Origin: Chlorobiaceae bacterium
GTDB lineage: Bacteria; Bacteroidota; Ignavibacteria; Ignavibacteriales; Ignavibacteriaceae
Assembly: GCA_013824085.1 (NCBI GenBank)
Contig: PNNF01000011.1
Span: 1,301-65,300, forward strand
DNA: 64,000 bases
Direction: 5' to 3'
Shown here: positions 9,865 through 19,522 of the stretch, one piece after another
Layout: every line of letters begins with the position of its first letter
Numbering within the stretch: position 1 is the stretch's first letter
Made by a program: the position numbers and the translations under genes
Notes under the pieces: generated by a model
Seen by the model: the letters and a program-made list of their open reading frames with translations, nothing else
Told to the model about the DNA's origin: nothing
Database searches by the model: none

Positions 9865-11694
9865 CTAACCTTTGTTTATTTCGGAATACATTTCTTCAAT
9901 AAGATTTCTGTATCGCTCTTCAATAACTTTTCTCTTTAGTTTTAGTGACGGAGTAATTTCTCCACCTTCAATAGAGAATGGTTTTGTTAGTAAAGCGAAT
10001 TTTCTAACCTTTTCATAATTAGCAAGACTCTTGTGGAAGCGATGCAATTCTTTTTCGATTAAATCATAAACTTCTTTAACGTCAACTAATTCTTCAGGAT
10101 TATCATACTTAATATTATGTGAATCGGCATATTCTTTTATTGCTTCAAAATCAGGAACAATAAGAGCACTCAAGAACATTCGTTTGTCGCCGATCAAAAC
10201 AAATTGGTCAATGTACTTACTTGCAAGGAACATATTTTCTAAAGGAGTTGGTGCAATATATTTTCCTGCAGAAGTTTTGAATAAATTTTTCTTTCTATCA
10301 GTAATAACTAAAAATCCCTCAGCATCAAAAACACCAATATCACCAGTGTGCAACCAGCCATCTTTGAGTGTTTCGTCAGTCTCTTTTTTATTTTTATAAT
10401 ATCCTTGCATAATGTTTGGACCGCGAGCAAGTATTTCGCCATCACTTGCAATCTTAACTTCAACGGATGGAAATGGTTTACCTACAGTACCAAATTTATA
10501 GTTGTCGAATCGATTAGCAGAGAGTACAGGCGAAGATTCAGTAAGTCCATAACCTTCCAACACAATAATTCCAACAGCTTCAAAAAATTCACCAAGCTCT
10601 CTTGCAAGTGCAGCACCGCCAGAGATTAAGAATTTCAAGTTGCCACCAGTTCTCATACGAATTTTCTTTAAGACTACGGCATCAGCAATCTTATGTTTAA
10701 TCGTTAATCTTACTGGAATATTATTATTCTTTCTCGCTTTGCAATATTCCATTCCAACGTTCAAAGCCCAATTAAATATTTTTTGTTTTTTTTCGGATTG
10801 TGATTCGACATTCTTTATAACTTTAGAATAGATTCTTTCAAATAAACGAGGAACTGCTGTCATAATTGTTGGTTTAATTTCTGCGAGATCACTTGCTACA
10901 GTTTCAATACTTTGTGCATAACAAATTTCTCCACCGCAAGCAAACGCTGTATAGTAGCCACCCATTCTTTCAAAAATATGACAGAGTGGTAAGAATGATA
11001 AGAAAATATCTTTGCTATCCATGGGGTAAAGTAAAAGTGCATCACGCATATTTGACACAATGTTTTTGTGTGTAAGCATTACGCCCTTTGGTTCGCCTGT
11101 TGTACCTGAAGTATAAATAATTGTGCAGAGGTCATTCTCCTTTGCGAGTCTGATGCTATCCCTAAAATGTGTTTTGTGCTTTACTGCAAATTCTTTTCCA
11201 CGTTCTTGAACATCTTTGAATGTATAGAGATTTGGCACTCCCGCAATTACATCTTTTTCGTTTAGTAGAACAATAAATTTTAAAGTTTTACATTTGTCTC
11301 TAATTTTTAGAACTTTATTCAATTGTAATTTTGTTGAACAGATCACTCCAACAGAATCAGAATTATTCAATATGAATTCAATATTGTCTGATGTAAGAGA
11401 TGGATAAAGGGGGACATCAACAGCACCAAGTCCTAAGATTGCCATATCACAATAAACCCACTCAGGTCTATTTTCAGAAATAATTGAAACATTGTCACCT
11501 CGTTTGACACCTAACGAAGCTAAGCCTAATGCGAAAGTTTCAGTCTGCTCCTTAAACTCCGCATACTTTATTCCTACCCATTCTTTTTCAACTTTCTGTT
11601 TCATAACAAAACGTTCGGGATTATTTTTCCCAAACTCTTCTGTCAGAAATTCATAAAGCTCAGGTATGGTTTTGAATTCTTTTAACAAAGCCAT
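9865..11694 (-). CDS. long-chain fatty acid--CoA ligase (AMP-dependent synthetase), paralog 1
   Basis: AMP-binding motifs IIYTSGTTGEPKGVMLTH, GYGLTESS and TGDIG...DRKKNLFK. Start set at ATG 11694 (AAAGGAG upstream), which aligns residue for residue with the paralog start MPLLKSFKTIPELYEF. Confidence 0.9.
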   Translation of the reverse strand: MALLKEFKTIPELYEFLTEEFGKNNPERFVMKQKVEKEWVGIKYAEFKEQTETFALGLASLGVKRGDNVSIISENRPEWVYCDMAILGLGAVDVPLYPSLTSDNIEFILNNSDSVGVICSTKLQLNKVLKIRDKCKTLKFIVLLNEKDVIAGVPNLYTFKDVQERGKEFAVKHKTHFRDSIRLAKENDLCTIIYTSGTTGEPKGVMLTHKNIVSNMRDALLLYPMDSKDIFLSFLPLCHIFERMGGYYTAFACGGEICYAQSIETVASDLAEIKPTIMTAVPRLFERIYSKVIKNVESQSEKKQKIFNWALNVGMEYCKARKNNNIPVRLTIKHKIADAVVLKKIRMRTGGNLKFLISGGAALARELGEFFEAVGIIVLEGYGLTESSPVLSANRFDNYKFGTVGKPFPSVEVKIASDGEILARGPNIMQGYYKNKKETDETLKDGWLHTGDIGVFDAEGFLVITDRKKNLFKTSAGKYIAPTPLENMFLASKYIDQFVLIGDKRMFLSALIVPDFEAIKEYADSHNIKYDNPEELVDVKEVYDLIEKELHRFHKSLANYEKVRKFALLTKPFSIEGGEITPSLKLKRKVIEERYRNLIEEMYSEINKG

Positions 11695-12051
11695 AAAAAA
11701 CTCCTTTATGCTAATAATTTGTTTTAATTGAACTTTAAGATAATAAAATTCAAAAATAAACTTCATATTTCTTTAAAAAGTTTTTTATTTTTTTTGGATT
11801 GAAATCGGGTTCGGAAATCGTTAATAATTCTCTTTTTTAATATTTTTTTGGATTGCTAAACAAGAAAGGAACAAAATTAAAATAAAATACTCCCGAACAA
11901 TTTATTTTTATAATAATGGGCAAAGCGAAATATATTGATTCTAAAGGACTTGAGTGGCGTCAACCAAATTTTTTCGGAGGCAGTGTATGTTTAGGATTTT
12001 TTTAAAAAACATTACAAAAACAATTCAACTTGAAAAATTGTTTGGTTGGAT

Positions 12052-12083
12052 AAAAAATTAGGGATTACAAACGTAAACCCTAA
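12052..12083 (-). terminator. rho-independent terminator between the two acyl-CoA synthetase paralogs
   Basis: On the minus strand, TTAGGG...CCCTAA stem followed by TTTTTT, 15 nt after the stop of the upstream paralog. Confidence 0.6.
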
Positions 12084-12097
12084 TCAAAAATTAAAAA

Positions 12098-13927
12098 TTA
12101 TTTTTTGTTCAGTTCTGCGTACATCTCTTCTATTAAACTCTTATAACGCTCTTCAATAACTCCTCGTTTGAGTTTTAGAGAAGGCGTAATCTCTCCACCT
12201 TCAATTGAGAAAGGTTTTGAGAGGAGCGCAAATTTTCTAACTTTTTCATAACTAGCGAGACTCTTATGAAATTTTTGCAACTCATTTTCAATCAAGTCAG
12301 TAACTTCTTGATTCTCAATTAATTCTTCGGGTTTGTCATATTTAATTTTATGAGAATCTGCATACTCTTTTAACGCTTCAAAATCGGGGACGATCAACGC
12401 ACTCAAGAACATTCGCTTGTCACCAATCAAAACGAATTGATCGATGTACTTACTTGCGAGGAATAAATTTTCGAGTGGAGTAGGTGCAATATATTTTCCA
12501 GAAGAAGTTTTGAATAAATTTTTCTTTCTATCAGTAATAACTAAAAATCCTTCAGCATCGAAAACACCAATATCACCAGTGTGCAACCAGCCATCTTTAA
12601 TTGTTTCGTCAGTTTCTTTTTTATTTTTATAATATCCTTGCATAATGTTTGGACCGCGAGCAAGTATTTCGCCATCGCTTGCGATTTTAATTTCTACTGA
12701 TGGATAAGGTTTTCCGACTGTTCCAAATTTATAATTGTCAAATCTATTTGCAGAAAGTACTGGAGAGGATTCAGTCAGTCCGTATCCTTCTACAATCAGC
12801 ATTCCGCAAGCTTCAAAAAACTCTCCAAGTTCGCGTGCAAGTGCGGCACCACCTGAAATAAAAAATCTTAAATTTCCTCCGGTGCGCATCCTAATTTTTT
12901 TTAAGACAAGTGCATCAGCGATTTTTTGTTTAACTCCAAGAGCAATAGGCACATTGTTATTTCGTTTTGCTTTTCTGTATTCAAGTCCAATGTTTAATGC
13001 CCAATAAAAAATTTTTTGTTTTTTTGCTGGTTGCGCTTCAACATTCTTAATAACTTTTGCATAAATTCTTTCAAATAATCTGGGGACTGCAGTCATTAGA
13101 GTTGGTTTAACTTCTTGTAAATCATTTGCGACTGTTTCAATGCTTTGTGCATAACATACTTCAGCGCCAGCAGCGAACGCCATATAATAACCACCGACTC
13201 TCTCAAAAATATGACAGACTGGAAGAAAGGATAAAAAGACATCGTTGCTTCCAATTGGATAAGAGTTCAAAGTGTCGATAATATTTGATGCAACATTTTT
13301 GTGAGTGAGCATTACTCCTTTTGGTTCACCAGTTGTGCCGGAAGTATAAATAATTGTGGCGAGGTCAGTCTCTCTACAGAGTCGAATATTTTCTTTGAAG
13401 TAAAATTTATTTTTTGTCGAAAATTCTTTTCCTCTTTCTTGAACATCCTTGATTGTATAAAGATTTGGAGTTCCAGCAACAAAATCTTTTTCATTAAGAA
13501 CAATAATAAATTTTAATGCTCTACAGTTGTTTCTGATCTTCAAAATTTTATTTAGCTGCAGTTTTGTTGAACAGATTATTCCAACAGAGTCAGAATTGTT
13601 TATTATAAATTCAATACTTTCAGATGTGAGTGAAGGATAAAGCGGAACATCAATAGCACCAAGTCCGAGAATCGCCATATCAGAATAAACCCACTCAGGT
13701 CTATTTTCTGAAATGATTGAAACTTTGTCTCCTCTTTTAACTCCAAGCGATGCAAGTCCTAAAGCAAATGTCTCAGTTTCTTCTTTTAACTGGCTATATT
13801 TGATCCCAACCCATTCCTTGTCAACTTTATGTTTCATCACAAAGCGATTTGGATTATTCTTTCCAAAATTTTCAGTTAGAAATTCATAAAGCTCGGGAAT
13901 GGTTTTGAATGATTTTAGTAAAGGCAT
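12098..13927 (-). CDS. long-chain fatty acid--CoA ligase (AMP-dependent synthetase), paralog 2
   Basis: Same AMP-binding motifs as paralog 1. It is 609 aa and aligns without gaps to the 609-aa product of 9865..11694. Confidence 0.9.
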   Translation of the reverse strand: MPLLKSFKTIPELYEFLTENFGKNNPNRFVMKHKVDKEWVGIKYSQLKEETETFALGLASLGVKRGDKVSIISENRPEWVYSDMAILGLGAIDVPLYPSLTSESIEFIINNSDSVGIICSTKLQLNKILKIRNNCRALKFIIVLNEKDFVAGTPNLYTIKDVQERGKEFSTKNKFYFKENIRLCRETDLATIIYTSGTTGEPKGVMLTHKNVASNIIDTLNSYPIGSNDVFLSFLPVCHIFERVGGYYMAFAAGAEVCYAQSIETVANDLQEVKPTLMTAVPRLFERIYAKVIKNVEAQPAKKQKIFYWALNIGLEYRKAKRNNNVPIALGVKQKIADALVLKKIRMRTGGNLRFFISGGAALARELGEFFEACGMLIVEGYGLTESSPVLSANRFDNYKFGTVGKPYPSVEIKIASDGEILARGPNIMQGYYKNKKETDETIKDGWLHTGDIGVFDAEGFLVITDRKKNLFKTSSGKYIAPTPLENLFLASKYIDQFVLIGDKRMFLSALIVPDFEALKEYADSHKIKYDKPEELIENQEVTDLIENELQKFHKSLASYEKVRKFALLSKPFSIEGGEITPSLKLKRGVIEERYKSLIEEMYAELNKK

Positions 13928-14181
13928 TTAGAACTCCTACAAATATTTGTTAATCAAAATTTACTATCAAATAGTTACTTAAGGATCGAGTATATTTTAA
14001 ATAAAACGCTTCAAAAATTACTCATAATAAAAGAACATTTGCGATAGCCAATTGTAAAAGAAATGTAATATTAAATTTCATTTTGTGAGAATTTTAACAA
14101 ATTATCGCTTCATGTAGAATGGAAAAGTAGATTAGGAAAATTTAATATTGGATTTTGAACTAAAATATCTAAATTTAACTG

Positions 14182-14637
14182 ATGATTATGGAAAAATTGA
14201 AAAAAATATTTATCAAATTATTTATCCTTCTACTTCTTCTTACGAACACAGGATTGCCAATTGCTTTACATTATTGTGAAATGACTGGCACAATATCTTT
14301 AGGTGGATGTGGAATTTGTGGAGTTGATTCTGAAATTGTTGAAGAAGAGACTAGCTGCTGTTCATCATATGTTCCAGCTTATTCACAAACGATAGGGAAG
14401 TTTCAACATCAAGGTTGTTGTGAAGAAATTTTTATTGCTGAACCGATAAAGACTAATTTTTTAACAATTAAGAATTTTGAAAATCCCAAAACAGACAATA
14501 CTTTTTCTTTAATTAATTTTAATGCGTATCAAGATTTTCATTTTGATAATAGCAATCATAAAATATTTAATGATTCATCACCCCCAATAAACTCAAGCTC
14601 TTCAGTCTATCTCAAGAATCAATCCCTTCTGATTTGA
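14182..14637 (+). CDS. small Cys-rich membrane-anchored protein, HYC_CC_PP-like
   Basis: N-terminal TM segment ends in ...PIALHYCEMTG. This is followed by GGCGICGV, SCCSS and GCCEE, and a C-terminal SSPPINS. The HYC, CC and PP landmarks match what I recall of the NCBI 'HYC_CC_PP family' found next to metal efflux pumps (memory only). It lies directly upstream of cusA-like. Confidence 0.6.
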   Translation: MIMEKLKKIFIKLFILLLLLTNTGLPIALHYCEMTGTISLGGCGICGVDSEIVEEETSCCSSYVPAYSQTIGKFQHQGCCEEIFIAEPIKTNFLTIKNFENPKTDNTFSLINFNAYQDFHFDNSNHKIFNDSSPPINSSSSVYLKNQSLLI

Positions 14638-14720
14638 AAAATTATTTAACTAACTGAAAATTAAGACAGTTTAGGAATAGCTGTTTTAAGTTAATTAATT
14701 AATCAAATTAGGAATTTCAA

Positions 14721-17700
14721 ATGATTGAAAAAATTATCGATTGGAGTGCGAAGAATCGATTCTTCGTGCTTATATGTTACGCTATACTTGCATTAGCAGG
14801 AATCTATTCTGTAATGCGGTTGCCCGTAGATGCAATTCCCGACTTGTCAGAAAATCAAGTTATTGTTTTTACGGAATGGATGGGGCGGTCACCTCAAGTA
14901 ATAGAAGATCAGGTTACTTTCCCATTAGTCTCGGCGCTGCAAGGATTGCCACAAATAAAGGCAGTGCGTGCAAGCTCAATGTTCGGAATGTCATTTGTGT
15001 TTGTGATCTTTGAAGATGCCACTGATATTTATTTTGCGCGCTCACGAATTATTGAAAAACTCAATACGATCAGAAACCAATTGCCCGCGGGAGTTACTCC
15101 AACACTTGGTCCAGACGGAACTGGAGTTGGACACGTTTTCTGGTACACTGTCGAAGGTGATGGTTATGATTTAGGAACACTCCGCTCAATTCAAGATTGG
15201 TACATACGATACAAACTTTCAGGAGTTGAAGGCGTCGCTGAAGTTGCGAGCATTGGCGGTTTCGTTAAGCAATATCAAGTTGATATTGACCCAACTCGAT
15301 TGAGGGCGTATGATTTATCTATTTCTCAAGTCTTGAATGCAATTCAGAGAAACAATAATGAAGTCGGCGGAAAAATAATTGAGATGAACGATGCTGAATA
15401 TTACATTCGTGGACAAGGATATATTCAGACTGTAGAAGACATTGAGAACATTACACTTTTTAATAGTCCAAATGGCACACCAATAAAAATTGGAAATTTG
15501 GCGACAGTTCAAATTGGTGCTGAGATAAGAAGAGGCTCACTCGAAAAAGATGGGAAGGGAGAAGTAGTTGGAGGTATTATTGTCGCTCGCAGCGGTGAAA
15601 ATACAAAAACGATTATTGACAGAGTAAAAGAAAAAATTAAGGAAATCGAAAAGGGTTTACCCGAAGGTGTAAAAATTGTTCCTTCTTACGACAGAAGTAG
15701 TTTGATTGAAGAAGCTGTCGGAACTCTTGAACGCGCTTTATTAGAAGCTGCAATTATAGTTTCATTGATTATAATAATTTTTCTACTCCACTTTAGAAGC
15801 ATTGTAAGAATCTTAATTGAAATTCCAATTACAGTTTTGCTCTCATTTATTTTAATGTATCTCTTTGACATCACCTCAAACATTATGAGTCTCGGTGGAA
15901 TTATTTTAGCCGTGGGAGTTGTCGTCGATTCCTCAATTGTATTGGTTGAGAATGCTTATAGAAAAATTGCAAACGCAAAATTAAAAAATGAAAACTTAAC
16001 AGAAGAAGAATACAAAGCACTCTCTGTTCAAGCGGCTAAACAAGTTGGACGTGCAATATTTTTTGCCGAGTTGATAATTTTAGTTTCTTTCATTCCTGTC
16101 TTTTTACTATCAGGACAAGAAGGAAAATTATTTCATCCACTCGCATTCACAAAAACTTTTATGTTACTTTCATCTGCAATTGTTTCAATCACTTTAATTC
16201 CAGTGTTGATGACGTTTTTGATGAGAGGAAAATTTAGAGATGAGAAAACAAATCCGATCACAAAATTTTTCATAAAAATTTATCAACCTGTTATTCATTG
16301 GGTGTTGAAGCATAGAAAAATCACCATCGCAATAAACATTATTGCATTACTCATTACAATTCCATTGATTATGCGGACAGGTTCGGAGTTTATGCCACCA
16401 CTCGATGAAGGCTCAATTCTATTTATGCCAGTTACTCTTCCTAATGCTTCCATCAGTGAAGTAAATAGAATTATGAAAATTCAGGATAAAATTATCAAGT
16501 CAGTTCCTGAAGTTGATCACGTACTTGGAAAAGTTGGAAGAGCAGAGACAGCCACTGATAACGCACCTCTGAGTATGATCGAAACAATAATCATTTTAAA
16601 ACCGTCCGACCAATGGAGAGATGGTTTAACAAAGAATGACATCATTCAAGAGCTTGATCAAAAGTTGCAAATACCCGGAGTTACTAATGGCTGGACACAA
16701 CCGATAATCAATAGAATCAATATGCTCGCAACTGGTGTAAGGACCGATATCGGATTTAAAATATTTGGATTAAACCTCGACACACTTGAGAGTTATGCAA
16801 TTAAATCGGAAGGCTTACTAAAACAAGTCGATGGAGCCGCAGATGTAGTTGCTGAAAGAATGCAGAATGGATATTACATCGATATCACATTGAAGGAGAA
16901 AGCCGCTAGCCGATATGGAATAAATGTCGCTGATGTTCAATCAATAATTGAGACTGCAATTGGTGGCGAAAATCTTTCAACTGTGTTTGAAGGTAGAATG
17001 AGATTTCCTTTGCGTGTAAGATTTGCAAGAGAATATCGAGATAACATTTATGATTTGAAAAATTTGATCTTACCATTTCCATCAAGAAATTCTGGAACTT
17101 CTGGAATGGAACAAAGCTCCGCACAAAATATTATGAGCGAAAATAATTCAGCAGGAAGCAATGAAATGGCGGGGATGAGTGGAAGCGGGGATGAGTCAAA
17201 TTCGCAACGAAGTATCACACAGCAAGTAAATTCTGCGAGTCTAATTAATAGTAGTGATGCGGAAAATATTTTTCTTCCACTCGGAGAAATTGCAGAGATA
17301 AAAATTATTACTGGTCCGCCAATGATAAATACAGAAAATGGTTTGATGAGATCAATCGTTTTTATGAATACTCGAGGAAGAGATATGGGCAGTGTTATGA
17401 ATGATGCAAAAAAAATTATTGAAGATAGTTTACAACTTCCAGTTGGTTATTCTTATACATGGAGTGGACAGTATGAGCACAAAGTAAAAGCACAAAATAC
17501 AATAATGATAATTATGCCAATTGTTTTTGTAATAATTTTTTTACTTCTTTTTTTCACATTGAAGGATTACAAAGAAGCCGCCGTTGTTATGCTCTCTGTG
17601 CCATTCGCATTGATTGGAGGAATGTATATGATTTATATTTTAGATTATAATTTTTCTGTTGCTGTTTGGGTTGGATTCATTGCGCTCTATGGTATTGCAG

Positions 17701-18083
17701 TTCAAACTGGAGTTGTAATGGTAATTTATCTTCACGAAGCATTGGATAGAAAAATTTCTGATTTCAATGAAGGAAAAAGAGGACCGATAACGAAGCAAGA
17801 TATTTATGATGCAACAATTGAAGGTTCTGTGTTAAGATTAAGACCCAAGTTGATGACAGTCTTCACGAGTATGCTGGGATTAATTCCAATAATGTGGGCA
17901 ACAGGTGCAGGTTCTGATATGATGAAACCACTTACTGCTCCAATGATTGGCGGACTTTTTACTTCTGCAATTCACGTGCTTGTTGTTACTCCTGTGCTTT
18001 TTATTATTATGAAAGAGAGCAGTTTGAAAAAAGGGAAATTAGGAGTTTCTAAAATTTCAAATTGGATAAAGGAGGGAGAATGA
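14721..18083 (+). CDS. cusA: CusA/CzcA-family heavy-metal efflux RND transporter
   Basis: 1120 aa with the 12-TM RND architecture. N-terminus MIEKIIDWSAKNRFFVL...VDAIPDLSENQVIV is typical of the HME-RND (CusA/CzcA) family. It carries an extra low-complexity insert (see findings). Confidence 0.9.
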   Translation: MIEKIIDWSAKNRFFVLICYAILALAGIYSVMRLPVDAIPDLSENQVIVFTEWMGRSPQVIEDQVTFPLVSALQGLPQIKAVRASSMFGMSFVFVIFEDATDIYFARSRIIEKLNTIRNQLPAGVTPTLGPDGTGVGHVFWYTVEGDGYDLGTLRSIQDWYIRYKLSGVEGVAEVASIGGFVKQYQVDIDPTRLRAYDLSISQVLNAIQRNNNEVGGKIIEMNDAEYYIRGQGYIQTVEDIENITLFNSPNGTPIKIGNLATVQIGAEIRRGSLEKDGKGEVVGGIIVARSGENTKTIIDRVKEKIKEIEKGLPEGVKIVPSYDRSSLIEEAVGTLERALLEAAIIVSLIIIIFLLHFRSIVRILIEIPITVLLSFILMYLFDITSNIMSLGGIILAVGVVVDSSIVLVENAYRKIANAKLKNENLTEEEYKALSVQAAKQVGRAIFFAELIILVSFIPVFLLSGQEGKLFHPLAFTKTFMLLSSAIVSITLIPVLMTFLMRGKFRDEKTNPITKFFIKIYQPVIHWVLKHRKITIAINIIALLITIPLIMRTGSEFMPPLDEGSILFMPVTLPNASISEVNRIMKIQDKIIKSVPEVDHVLGKVGRAETATDNAPLSMIETIIILKPSDQWRDGLTKNDIIQELDQKLQIPGVTNGWTQPIINRINMLATGVRTDIGFKIFGLNLDTLESYAIKSEGLLKQVDGAADVVAERMQNGYYIDITLKEKAASRYGINVADVQSIIETAIGGENLSTVFEGRMRFPLRVRFAREYRDNIYDLKNLILPFPSRNSGTSGMEQSSAQNIMSENNSAGSNEMAGMSGSGDESNSQRSITQQVNSASLINSSDAENIFLPLGEIAEIKIITGPPMINTENGLMRSIVFMNTRGRDMGSVMNDAKKIIEDSLQLPVGYSYTWSGQYEHKVKAQNTIMIIMPIVFVIIFLLLFFTLKDYKEAAVVMLSVPFALIGGMYMIYILDYNFSVAVWVGFIALYGIAVQTGVVMVIYLHEALDRKISDFNEGKRGPITKQDIYDATIEGSVLRLRPKLMTVFTSMLGLIPIMWATGAGSDMMKPLTAPMIGGLFTSAIHVLVVTPVLFIIMKESSLKKGKLGVSKISNWIKEGE

Positions 18084-19423
18084 AAAATTCATCTATCAAA
18101 AAATCTGAAAAGGAAAAAATTAAAATGATTTATAAAATATTTTTTCTGATTCTTTTTTTAATTGCGTCGAACAATATTGTTTATGCTCAATCGATATCTG
18201 AATTGATTGACGAAGCAACAAGAAATAATCAAAAACTAAATTCATTAAGATTAAAAATAAATTCAATTGAAAAAAAGATTGAAGTAGCAGAAGCATATCC
18301 GCATCCACAACTGAGTTTAGAATTTTCTCAAGTTCCGTTTGGTTCGTTCGATCTAATAAATAATTCAATCTCAAATTCATTATCGCTTTCACAAATGTTT
18401 CCACTTGGCGGCAAAACAAAAGCTATGGGAAATGTTGAGCGAAAATTTTCCGAAGTAATTGCAAGTGATTACAATTCTTATAAATCGTTTCTCGCTTCTG
18501 AAATAAGAATGACCTACTTCGGAATTTGGGAAAATATGGCGCGAATCGAAATACAAAAAAAAGGATTAGAACTTCTTAAAAAATTGGAAAGTTCAGAATT
18601 AATAAAATCAAAAACTTCTGCATCTTCAACTGATGCTCTCTTAAATATTCAATCTGAATTATTGAAGGCAGAGCTTGATACTATTAATTCTTACAGCGAA
18701 ATAAAAATTCTTCAAATAAGAATGAACAGTTTGTTGGGTCGAAATTTAGAATCTGATTATGTAAATGTTTCAGATATTGAAATTAGTCCTTCAAAAGAGA
18801 TTGATGTTCAATATTTGTTTGAGGCAATAAAATCAAGCCCCGCAATTGTTAAGATGGAAAAAATGATAGAGATGAATCAATCAGAAATAACAGCCAATGA
18901 AAGAGAGTTTATTCCCGATTTAATGTTGAGCGGAATGATAATGCGAATGCCAAAAGGAATGTTGGTGACAATGTCAACAAAGATGAATGAATTGGGAAAC
19001 GATATGGAGTCCCCAAATATGTATTCAATTATGGCTTCAATTAATCTTCCGTTTGCGCCTTGGTCATCAAAAAGAATTTCATCAAGAAGCGAAGAATTAT
19101 TTATCGGAATCAAAAGTATTGAGGAAGAAAAATTGTTTATGTTAAGAGAGATGGAAGCTAAAGTGAAGGGCTTGGTAATTCAATTAAAAAACAGTAAAGA
19201 AAAAATTAGTTTGTACGAATCGAAAATATTACCGCTGAATAAAAAAGTATTTGAATCACAGTTAACTCGTTTTACAACTGAGAACGTTGATATCAGTTCA
19301 ATAATCGCATCACTACAAATGGTGTTGATGAATGAGATGGAGCTAGTGATGGCAAAAGCAAACTATGAAATGCTTAGAGCTGAAATTGAAATGATGGTAG
19401 GAAAAAGTATTGGTGTTAATTAA
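18080..19423 (+). CDS. TolC-family outer membrane efflux protein
   Basis: ATGA overlap with the cusA-like stop (ATG 18080). Signal-like segment IFFLILFLIASNNIVYAQ. Two coiled-coil/OEP repeats. ATG 18125 is an alternative start. Confidence 0.8.
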   Translation: MKNSSIKKSEKEKIKMIYKIFFLILFLIASNNIVYAQSISELIDEATRNNQKLNSLRLKINSIEKKIEVAEAYPHPQLSLEFSQVPFGSFDLINNSISNSLSLSQMFPLGGKTKAMGNVERKFSEVIASDYNSYKSFLASEIRMTYFGIWENMARIEIQKKGLELLKKLESSELIKSKTSASSTDALLNIQSELLKAELDTINSYSEIKILQIRMNSLLGRNLESDYVNVSDIEISPSKEIDVQYLFEAIKSSPAIVKMEKMIEMNQSEITANEREFIPDLMLSGMIMRMPKGMLVTMSTKMNELGNDMESPNMYSIMASINLPFAPWSSKRISSRSEELFIGIKSIEEEKLFMLREMEAKVKGLVIQLKNSKEKISLYESKILPLNKKVFESQLTRFTTENVDISSIIASLQMVLMNEMELVMAKANYEMLRAEIEMMVGKSIGVN

Positions 19424-19522
19424 AGATGAAAAAAAAATAAATTATAAAATCGTAAATGATTTGGTGATTGAAATTTTTTGTATCAATCATCAATTAGTGA
19501 AAATAAAAGGTAAAGGATTTTT

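Noticed and set aside
11695-11766. 24-codon N-terminal extension (MKFIFEFYYLKVQLKQIISIKEFF) of the first acyl-CoA synthetase as listed in the ORF track
   Set aside because: The paralog starts exactly at the aligned internal Met. That Met has an AAAGGAG Shine-Dalgarno sequence, and the extension has no counterpart.
11916-12005. 29-codon ORF (MGKAKYIDSKGLEWRQPNFFGGSVCLGFF) in the spacer between the paralogs
   Set aside because: It has no ribosome-binding site and no recognisable motif, and it lies in the promoter region of the downstream gene. An ORF of this size is expected by chance.
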